Shown here piece by piece: positions 56,993-64,000 of a stretch of DNA of 64,000 bases. The position numbers and the translations under genes are program-made. Below the pieces are notes generated by a model. That model was not told the origin of the DNA and made no database searches. It was given only the letters and a program-made list of their open reading frames with translations. Every line of letters starts with the position of its first letter. Within the stretch, counting starts at the first letter, position 1. This DNA is from Rhodospirillaceae bacterium (lineage in GTDB: Bacteria; Pseudomonadota; Alphaproteobacteria; CACIAM-22H2): positions 17,253 through 81,252 of the forward strand of contig JAIXXA010000132.1 of NCBI GenBank assembly GCA_027490975.1. The letters run 5' to 3'.

Positions 56993-58951
56993 TTACTTCT
57001 CGGCCATGGCGAAGACTTCGCCTGTCTCGCCTTCGCGCAGGCGCTCGAGATGGTATTCGGCAAGCGCATCGTCGGGATAGCGCCGGCACAGATCCTCGAA
57101 CGCCGCGAGTGCTGCCGGATCCGCGCTTTTCATGAGTTCGAACGCGGCCAGATAGAGCGTCGTGTTTTCGTCTGCGGCACGTGCACCGGTCAGCGGTTCG
57201 AACACGTGGATGGGTTCGGACTTGCCTTTGACAATCACGCCGCCGACCTTACGGCAGGGAACTTCGGGCGAGGCGTCGCGCGTCTGCTGCGTGATCAGGA
57301 TGCGCGTGCCGAAATACTTGTTGAGACCTTCGAGGCGGGCGGCCGTGTTCACGGCGTCGCCGAGCGCTTTGTATTCGTAGCGGTCGAGCGAGCCGAAATT
57401 GCCCACGTTCGCTTCGGCCGTGTGCACGCCGATGCGCGTCACGCCGAAATCGACGCCCTTGGCGCGCTCTTCGGCGCGGAAGCGTTCGGAGAACCGGTCG
57501 ATGTCGAGTGCAGCCTGCAAAGCGCGCTTGGCGTGGTCGGGCTGCTCGCGCGGCGCGTTGAACATCGCGTAGATCGCGTCGCCCGTGAATTGGTTGATGG
57601 TGCCGCCGAACTTCCAGATCTCGCGGCAGCCGCCGTCGAGATAGCGGTTCAGGATATCGGCAAGGTGTGCGGCTTCGAGCTTTTCGGACAGGGTCGTGAA
57701 ACCCTGCACGTCGGTGAAGATCAGCGACATCGGCCGGCGGCTTGCCGACAGGTCGAGCTTTTTGGGATCCTTGACGATCTCCTGCAGCAGTTCGCCCGAC
57801 ACGTATTTGCTGAAAACGCCTTGGATGAATTTCTTCTGCTGGCGTTCTGCGCGACCCGACCACGCATCCGACAGCCAAAGCGCAATGCCCAAGGCCACCA
57901 CCGGCTCGATCAGCGGCAGCAGCAGTTGCCTGTCGCGGAACAGATAGAAGGCGCCGACCCACAGCGCGGCGATCGCGACGACGGCCCCGCTCGCGCGCAG
58001 CCAGATCGGCACGCCCGTATTGCCGAGCGCTGCCCCGATCAAGGCGAGCAGCGCCAAGGTCGTAACGAGCGGAACCAGCGCCCGATCCTCGGGCGCAACA
58101 CGGCCCTCGAGCAGCTGGGCCAGAATATGCGCCTGGATCACGATCCCGGCGATGGTGCCCTCCCGCCCTTCGCGGGCGACCGCAAACGGCGTGCGATGGC
58201 GGTCGGTCAGCGACAGATCGGCCCCCAGCAGCACGATCTTGCCGGCGATCCAAGCGTCGGGCAGCACAGGCACGGCATGCGAGGGGAAAATGCGGAAGGA
58301 CGGCGTCTGCGCATCGGGCTGGCCGCGCCACGCGATGATGCGCCGCGTTTCGGGAATCGCCGCCCCAAGCCGCTCGGCAAGGCGCGCGGCGACGTTGGGC
58401 AGGCGCGTGCCGTCGTGGCCTTGGCGCGGCTGGGGCACAAAACGGATCGTGCCGTCGCGAATGTCGGGCTCGATGTCGGCGAGGCCCCGCCATTCGGGCA
58501 CCACGAATTCGTCGAGATAGGCGCGCTGCTCCTCGGTCACGTAGAGCGGGGAGTCGCTGTAGCTGATCGCAAACGGAATCTTGAGGGCGGCCAGGACCGC
58601 GCGCAGTTCGTCGTCTTTGTCTTCTTCGGTTTCCTGGTCGAGCAGCACGTCGAGCAGCAGGGCTTTGGCACCTTTGGCAGCCAGCGCTTCGATCGTCTTC
58701 GCCAGAAACCGACGGTCGATCGGCGAGCGGTACGGAAACGAAGACAGCGTTTCTTCGTTGATGGCGGCCACGACGATGTCGGGATGCTGTGGCTCGGGTG
58801 CCGTCACGGTCGCGATGCGGTAGTCGGTCGTCCAGCGTTCGGCCGTGCCCACGAACGGAAACAGCCGGAAGATACCGAACGCGACCGTCGCGGCCACAAC
58901 CGCAATCGCAACCGAAATGCCGATGCGGCGAAAAACGAGTGCGGCACTCAT
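56993..58951 (-). CDS. CHASE2-sensor class III adenylate/guanylate cyclase
   Basis: N-terminal TM, periplasmic CHASE2-like domain of about 300 aa, three TM helices, then CHD cyclase domain (SLIFTDVQGFTTL...KFGGTINQFTGDAIYAMF...NTAARLE). Start at MSAALVFRR (58951); an alternative ATG lies at 58978. Confidence 0.85.
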   Translation of the reverse strand: MSAALVFRRIGISVAIAVVAATVAFGIFRLFPFVGTAERWTTDYRIATVTAPEPQHPDIVVAAINEETLSSFPYRSPIDRRFLAKTIEALAAKGAKALLLDVLLDQETEEDKDDELRAVLAALKIPFAISYSDSPLYVTEEQRAYLDEFVVPEWRGLADIEPDIRDGTIRFVPQPRQGHDGTRLPNVAARLAERLGAAIPETRRIIAWRGQPDAQTPSFRIFPSHAVPVLPDAWIAGKIVLLGADLSLTDRHRTPFAVAREGREGTIAGIVIQAHILAQLLEGRVAPEDRALVPLVTTLALLALIGAALGNTGVPIWLRASGAVVAIAALWVGAFYLFRDRQLLLPLIEPVVALGIALWLSDAWSGRAERQQKKFIQGVFSKYVSGELLQEIVKDPKKLDLSASRRPMSLIFTDVQGFTTLSEKLEAAHLADILNRYLDGGCREIWKFGGTINQFTGDAIYAMFNAPREQPDHAKRALQAALDIDRFSERFRAEERAKGVDFGVTRIGVHTAEANVGNFGSLDRYEYKALGDAVNTAARLEGLNKYFGTRILITQQTRDASPEVPCRKVGGVIVKGKSEPIHVFEPLTGARAADENTTLYLAAFELMKSADPAALAAFEDLCRRYPDDALAEYHLERLREGETGEVFAMAEK

Positions 58952-58967
58952 GCGCGCCTGGGCGCGC

Positions 58968-59684
58968 TCACGGAGCAACGGCGCGCGCCAGCGCGCGCGC
59001 TTGGTCGTTGCAGCCCTTTTCGATCATCCAAGCCGCCTGGAGCAGCGGATCGCTGAAGCTTGCAGGCATGCGGTGGATGACGACGTTGGCCGCATTGCCG
59101 CCGACGTCGAACACGTAGCCGCGCCCGTCGGCAAGCGGGATGCGTGCGGGCAGGGCAAATCGGTCGCTTTCGGCCGGCCACTGGCCGCGCGCACGCCAGC
59201 TGCGGTCGGCCGGTTCGATCGCGAGCCCCGTCGCCTCGGCAAAACGCGGCCCCCACAGCACGGGCGTCGCGTCGCCCGCAATGCAGCGCGCACCCGAGCG
59301 GCTCACATCGAGCACCCACGGATCGGGCAGTTCGGCCGCGTCGCCGCCCGCGCGCACGACACCGAGTGCGGCCGTGCCGGCGACGCGCTGGTTCATCAGA
59401 TTCTTGAGCGCGTCGCCGACATTGGCGCCGCCCGCCGCCGCCTGCCCCGGGGCGGGCGCTTCTTCGTAAGGGCCGCGCAGCTTCAAAGAGCGCCCGTCGG
59501 CCGCAATCAGCGTAAGGCGCTGGCCGGCGGCAAGCACCAGCACTTTGGTGCCGTCGACCTTGGCGCCGGGGGCAAGTTCGATGCCCCTGGCTTCGACCAC
59601 GACAAGCTCGTTCGCCGTCGCCGCCCCGGCGAGGCCGACGAAAAGCGCGATGGCGGTACAAAACGATCGGGCAAAACGACGCAT
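58968..59684 (-). CDS. Hypothetical periplasmic protein (signal peptide; possibly FecR-like partner of the CHASE2/CHAT module)
   Basis: Start MRRFARSFCTAIALFVGLAGAATA at 59684. The remainder of the 360-aa track ORF is an artefact. Sits between the CHAT and CHASE2-cyclase genes with 10- and 16-nt gaps. Confidence 0.6.
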   Translation of the reverse strand: MRRFARSFCTAIALFVGLAGAATANELVVVEARGIELAPGAKVDGTKVLVLAAGQRLTLIAADGRSLKLRGPYEEAPAPGQAAAGGANVGDALKNLMNQRVAGTAALGVVRAGGDAAELPDPWVLDVSRSGARCIAGDATPVLWGPRFAEATGLAIEPADRSWRARGQWPAESDRFALPARIPLADGRGYVFDVGGNAANVVIHRMPASFSDPLLQAAWMIEKGCNDQARALARAVAP

Positions 59685-59694
59685 AACTGCGAGT

Positions 59695-62600
59695 TTAGCT
59701 TGGATTGCGTGCAGCCGGCAATGGTTCGGCGCTGCGGGCCGCCGCACCGTCGCCCTGAAGCACGAATGCGCCCCAGAAGAACGGATGGGCGCTGGCGGCC
59801 TCGTCGGCCAGCGCCATCTGCGATGCCGCAAGGGCGCGCGCAATGCCGCCGCGCGTATTGCCGCCGAGCCGGTCGAACATGCCCGTGGTGAGCTGCACGG
59901 TCTGCTGCGAGGGCACTTGCCAGTGCGTGACCAGAAGGCCGCGGGCCCCTGCAAAGAAAAACGCTTCCGCCAAACCCGACAGCGATTCGCCGCCAAGCCG
60001 CGCGCCCGAGGCCGCCGTGTTGCAGGCCGAGAGCACGACGAGATCTGCATCCAGGCGCATCGCGGCGATCTCGCTTGCTTCGAGGAGCCCGTCTTCGGCC
60101 GGGTCGGCCACGTCGGCGGCTTGTGCGCTCAGGGCAAGGCCCGGCTGCGCTTGGCAGCGCAATTCGCCGGGCAGCAGCCCGTGCGTGGCGAAATACAGAA
60201 CGCGATAACGCTCGAGCTGCTGGCGGCGCAGATTGGCGGCCGTGGCATTCGCACCCAGCAGCAGCGCGTCTGGCCCGGCATTGAGCGAAGCCGCCACGCG
60301 GCGCACCTCGTCGGCGGTTTCCGGCAAGGGGGCAAGCGCGCGGATCATCGCTGCGGGCACGGCGCCGTCCGAGCGGCACGCGTCGGCAAGCGCACCGAGC
60401 CCGTTGGCAGCGCCGCCGCCTTGCGGTGCGCCGCCAAAATTCGGATTGGCGAGCGCAAAAAACGGCTCGGGGGCGGCCGGGCGAGCCGCCAGCGTGCGAA
60501 GGTTTAGGAAGGCGCGCACGCTCGGCGGGCTTGCGGTCGCAACGCGGCGCGCCAGCCACGCCGTCTGCCGGTAATCGCCCGCCACTGCCGCCTGCGGCGG
60601 CGCTTGCGTCGCCAAGACGGCAAAAGGCAGGCTCGCAAGTGCGCCATTGGCGACGACGAACAATTGATCGACTTCCGCCAGCGCCGCATCGAACGGCCCC
60701 AGCAAAGTGCGGTAAAGCCGGTGCGACAGCGCCACGTCGAACGGGGCCACGTCGCTGCGGCCGCTGATCTCGAAGGCGGCGCGCAGGATGCGCACCTGGT
60801 CGGCGAGCTGCTCTTCGTCGGCCGCCAAGCGAGCGGCCTGGATCCCGTCGCGGCGCACGAGGAATGCAAACGCGCCGTCGGGCCCGGTCAAATAGAAGAC
60901 GAGCGCCTCGCGCGGTCCCAAGGCGGCGCGCAGTTCGTCCGGCGCGACAGGCTGCGGCGAGACGAGGCGCGAGAAGCCGGGGGCGGCAGATTCAATATCG
61001 GCTTCGAGTGCGGCGGCTTTCGCCGTCGCGGCGTTGAGGTCGTCGCGCAGCTTGGCCACGCGTGCGGCATCGCGCAGCGCCGTCGGCTTGCCGAGCTCGC
61101 CGGCAAGATCGAGGCCCAGACGGTCGCGGCTGCGCAGCGCGTCTTCGTGCGCGCCCACGACGGGCGCCAGACGCGCATCGTCGCGCGCGAGGCGCTGGGC
61201 GGTGCGCGCAACGGCGCGCCCGGCCGTGCCGTCGCGCATCAATTGGGCGACCGCGAACATTTCGGCATGCAAGGCCGCGGCTGCCGCCGGATCGCGCTTG
61301 GCTTGCGCATCGGCCGCCTCGAGGAACGGGCGCACTTGAGCGAAGGTCAGCGTGCGCACCGGCACTTGCGCGAGCACGATGCGGAACGCATCGCGGTAGT
61401 TCTCGATCGCGGCTGCATAGCGCCCGTCGCCGCTTTGCTCGCGCGCGAGCGTCATCAGGCTTTGCGCGACCGGCCAGCCGCCGCCGAACACGCGCAAGGT
61501 CTGCTGCGCCGAGGCCGCCAGCAGGCGCTCGGCATTGACGAAATCGCCGCGCGCACCGAGCACTTGCCCGAGCTGCGACAAGGCGCGCGGCTGCCACCAG
61601 GGCGGCAGGCCCGGAATGCTGTCGATGATGCGGCGCGCTTCGAGGGCGGCGGACTCGGCCCCCGCAAGATCGCCGGTTTCGAGCGCCATCGACGAGGCGA
61701 AAAGAAGTGCGTGCGCGAGTTCGGCCTGCAGCACCACGGCGCTGCCGAAAATCGAGCCGCCGCCGCCGGCATCGAGGCTCGCCGGGATGCCGCCGCCCAG
61801 CGTTTCGATCAAGGCGCGCCGCCGCTGGATCGTGTCGCGCGCACTCGCAAGGGCCCGCTCGTACTGGCGCTGGTTGGCGGCATGCAGCGCGAGAAAGGTC
61901 TGCAGGCGCGGATATTCGCCGGGGTCGGGCGAGCGCAAGATCAGCGCTTCGGCACGCTGGAACAACGCATCGGCCTCCTCGAACCGGCCTTGCGCCGATA
62001 CTTCGAGCGCAAGCGAGCCCATCGTCGTCCCCGTGCCCGGATGGTCGGGGCCGAGTGCCGCCGTCTGCAGAGCGAGCGAGCGCCGATAGGCAGCCTCGGC
62101 CCCCGCATTGTTGCCGACGCTGTTGTAGAGCCGCGCAAGCTCGACAAGATCCTGATAGCCGCCGACCGCATCGCCGCTTGCGACCGCCGCGCCGAACGTC
62201 GCCTCGAGATGGCCGCGCAGCGCCGCGACGTCGAACGGCCCCGGTGCGGCATCCCCCAACGACAGGCGCATCGCTTCGACCAAAGCCGGCAAGGCGGCAG
62301 GCTGGCCCTCGGCGACCGCCAGGCGATTGCCCGATACGATCGCCGCCGCAACAAGCGGCCAGCCGCCGTCTTTGAGCGAACAGGCGGCGACCATCAACGT
62401 CGTGTCCGCGCCGACCCATTCGGGCGACTTGCACGCCGCACGCAAGCCGAGCGTGCGGATCGGCGCGCTCGTCTCGAACCCGCGCGTCAGAAACGCCCGG
62501 CGCGCATCGGGCTCTTGCGGCACGTTGCGCAATTCCGCCAGAGCCTGCGCCGAGCCGTAGACGCGCGGGCTGTTGGCGCAGAAAACTTCGCGCAGGTCGG

Positions 62601-62748
62601 GCTGCAGGCGGTTGGGCACTGCCCGGCACGCTTCGCCCGACAAGGCCGTGCCGACCGGCGTTTCGGGGCCTTGCCCCCCGCGCATCGCTTGGCAACCGGC
62701 CAAGGCGGCCGCGAGCACGCAGACCGCGATTTGCGGAAAGAGCCTCAT
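59695..62748 (-). CDS. TPR-repeat CHAT-domain (caspase-like peptidase) lipoprotein
   Basis: Start MRLFPQIAVCVLAAALAGCQ (lipobox LAGC) at 62748. TPR region. C-terminal CHAT domain with His (YFATHG) and Cys (LVVLSACNTAASG) catalytic dyad. Confidence 0.85.
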   Translation of the reverse strand: MRLFPQIAVCVLAAALAGCQAMRGGQGPETPVGTALSGEACRAVPNRLQPDLREVFCANSPRVYGSAQALAELRNVPQEPDARRAFLTRGFETSAPIRTLGLRAACKSPEWVGADTTLMVAACSLKDGGWPLVAAAIVSGNRLAVAEGQPAALPALVEAMRLSLGDAAPGPFDVAALRGHLEATFGAAVASGDAVGGYQDLVELARLYNSVGNNAGAEAAYRRSLALQTAALGPDHPGTGTTMGSLALEVSAQGRFEEADALFQRAEALILRSPDPGEYPRLQTFLALHAANQRQYERALASARDTIQRRRALIETLGGGIPASLDAGGGGSIFGSAVVLQAELAHALLFASSMALETGDLAGAESAALEARRIIDSIPGLPPWWQPRALSQLGQVLGARGDFVNAERLLAASAQQTLRVFGGGWPVAQSLMTLAREQSGDGRYAAAIENYRDAFRIVLAQVPVRTLTFAQVRPFLEAADAQAKRDPAAAAALHAEMFAVAQLMRDGTAGRAVARTAQRLARDDARLAPVVGAHEDALRSRDRLGLDLAGELGKPTALRDAARVAKLRDDLNAATAKAAALEADIESAAPGFSRLVSPQPVAPDELRAALGPREALVFYLTGPDGAFAFLVRRDGIQAARLAADEEQLADQVRILRAAFEISGRSDVAPFDVALSHRLYRTLLGPFDAALAEVDQLFVVANGALASLPFAVLATQAPPQAAVAGDYRQTAWLARRVATASPPSVRAFLNLRTLAARPAAPEPFFALANPNFGGAPQGGGAANGLGALADACRSDGAVPAAMIRALAPLPETADEVRRVAASLNAGPDALLLGANATAANLRRQQLERYRVLYFATHGLLPGELRCQAQPGLALSAQAADVADPAEDGLLEASEIAAMRLDADLVVLSACNTAASGARLGGESLSGLAEAFFFAGARGLLVTHWQVPSQQTVQLTTGMFDRLGGNTRGGIARALAASQMALADEAASAHPFFWGAFVLQGDGAAARSAEPLPAARNPS

Positions 62749-63260
62749 GCGCCGGGAGCCGGCGGCAGGCGCCGGCGCGTGTAGTCGCACAGCATGTTCA
62801 TGAGCGCCTTCATCATCGAATCCTTGAGACCGTACGATTCGACCACGTGCGGCGGCGGCAGCATCATGCGCGCATGCCGGTCGGCGGACGTTTCGTCGAG
62901 CGGCAAACCGGCCTTGGTGCGCGAATCGAACGGCACGGTCGAGCGGCAATACTCCATGAGCGACGTCATCAAGCGCACGATATCGGGCTCAAGCGACATC
63001 ATGCGCTGGGTGAGCTGCTGGCTGTTGACGACGATGCAGACCGTGTCTTCGCCCGCGACCGCCGTCGCCATGCGCAGGCCGCCGTCGATGATCGCCATTT
63101 CGCCGAACAAGGCGCCCGGCCCCAGGCTTGCCACGATGATCGGCGCATCCACCCCTTTTTTGAGGATAAGGACTTTGCCCTTTTCGACCAAAAAAGCTTC
63201 GGCGCCGATTTCGCCTTCCTTGAAGATGATTTTTGCCTTGGCGTAGGTGCGTTTGAACAT
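62745..63260 (-). CDS. Standalone cyclic-nucleotide-binding (cNMP/CAP-effector) domain protein
   Basis: 171 aa. Phosphate-binding cassette FGEMAIIDGGLRMATAVA. No HTH. Stop overlaps the CHAT start (ATGA). Confidence 0.8.
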   Translation of the reverse strand: MFKRTYAKAKIIFKEGEIGAEAFLVEKGKVLILKKGVDAPIIVASLGPGALFGEMAIIDGGLRMATAVAGEDTVCIVVNSQQLTQRMMSLEPDIVRLMTSLMEYCRSTVPFDSRTKAGLPLDETSADRHARMMLPPPHVVESYGLKDSMMKALMNMLCDYTRRRLPPAPGA

Positions 63261-63265
63261 GGCGG

Positions 63266-63967
63266 CTAGAAGTCGCCCTTGCGGATCTGGAACACGTCGG
63301 GATTCTGCGGATCGCGAATGTACGAAACTTGCAGCGTCGGCGGCACGGTCGGGCGCTGGCCTTCGGGGGCTGCCACGCCGGCGAGGGCCGCGATCGTTCG
63401 CCGGCCTTGCGTGTCGTCGCCGCGGAAGACCAGCACGGCCCCGTCGGGCTGGGCCAAATTGACCGCGACCGTGTCGGCTTTGTAGCCCACGGAAACGAGA
63501 TGGGTCTGCAGCATGCGCGCCAGATCGACGGCCGTGGCAGGCGCGAGCTGCGGATTGGCGGCCCCGCCGAAGGTGACGGTCACCTGCACAAGCTGGCGCG
63601 AGCGGAAGCCAATGACGTAGGCGACCTGCGCGGGGCCGCTGCCGGGCAGCAGGTCGGGCACGGTGATCGCCAGAATCTGCGTGCGCTCGACCCCGTTTTC
63701 GACGGTCTCGATCCGGTCGGCGGGAATCGAAAAATCGCGCCGAATGGCTTGGCGCACCTGGTCCGGCGTCATGCCGAACAAGGCCGAGCGGAAGCCGGTC
63801 AGGCGAAATTCAGGCTCGGCCGCGGCGGGTGTTCCCGTCGCAGGCGGCGTTGCCGGGCGATTGGGTGCGGGGGCCTGCGCAAGAACGGCGCCGGCACCAA
63901 ACGCCAGCCCGCAAAACGCGACCAAAACGCCGACAATGGCGCGGATACGCTGAATTTTTCTTCCCAT
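63266..63967 (-). CDS. Hypothetical secreted protein
   Basis: 233 aa. Signal peptide MGRKIQRIRAIVGVLVAFCGLAFGAGAVLA and Pro/Ala/Thr-rich linker. First gene of the minus-strand cluster, 5 nt upstream of the cNMP-binding gene. Confidence 0.6.
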   Translation of the reverse strand: MGRKIQRIRAIVGVLVAFCGLAFGAGAVLAQAPAPNRPATPPATGTPAAAEPEFRLTGFRSALFGMTPDQVRQAIRRDFSIPADRIETVENGVERTQILAITVPDLLPGSGPAQVAYVIGFRSRQLVQVTVTFGGAANPQLAPATAVDLARMLQTHLVSVGYKADTVAVNLAQPDGAVLVFRGDDTQGRRTIAALAGVAAPEGQRPTVPPTLQVSYIRDPQNPDVFQIRKGDF

Positions 63968-64000
63968 TTGCCTACCCCATTTCTACCAAATACCGCCGTT

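Overview
This is a high-GC (about 65-68%) chromosomal segment that is almost certainly alphaproteobacterial, because it carries gcrA with DnaA boxes and GANTC sites upstream. It is densely coding on both strands, and I found no IS elements, integrases or CRISPR arrays. Many long R/G/A-rich ORFs in the six-frame track are antisense artefacts of the GC bias and I discarded them.

Core features include the conserved rbfA-truB-rpsO-pnp cluster with its terminator and leader hairpins, tRNA-Gly(CCC), crcB, gloB and a TerC-family protein. There are two corA paralogs, a TRAP DctPQM system, and three ABC uptake systems. The signalling complement includes a CHASE histidine kinase, a soluble class III adenylate cyclase, an ECF sigma factor with an unusual anti-sigma factor, and a TPR-GT41 (OGT-like) glycosyltransferase.

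The most distinctive locus, and my candidate for a novel system, is a five-gene minus-strand operon at about 56.9-64.0 kb. It encodes a secreted protein, a standalone cNMP-binding protein, a TPR-CHAT caspase-like lipoprotein, a periplasmic protein and a CHASE2-sensor adenylate cyclase. This would be a self-contained cyclic-nucleotide-to-protease signalling module.

Other loci worth follow-up are listed in the findings: two Ldh2-family dehydrogenase operons (SDR + Ldh2 + TRAP under a GntR regulator, and Gfo/Idh/MocA + TPP enzyme + Ldh2), a gcrA-DUF853 ATPase operon, a 576-aa unknown protein coupled to an MmcB-like PD-(D/E)xK protein, an MCP-tail remnant, a fused two-domain ABC permease, and a modestly lower-GC secreted protein.
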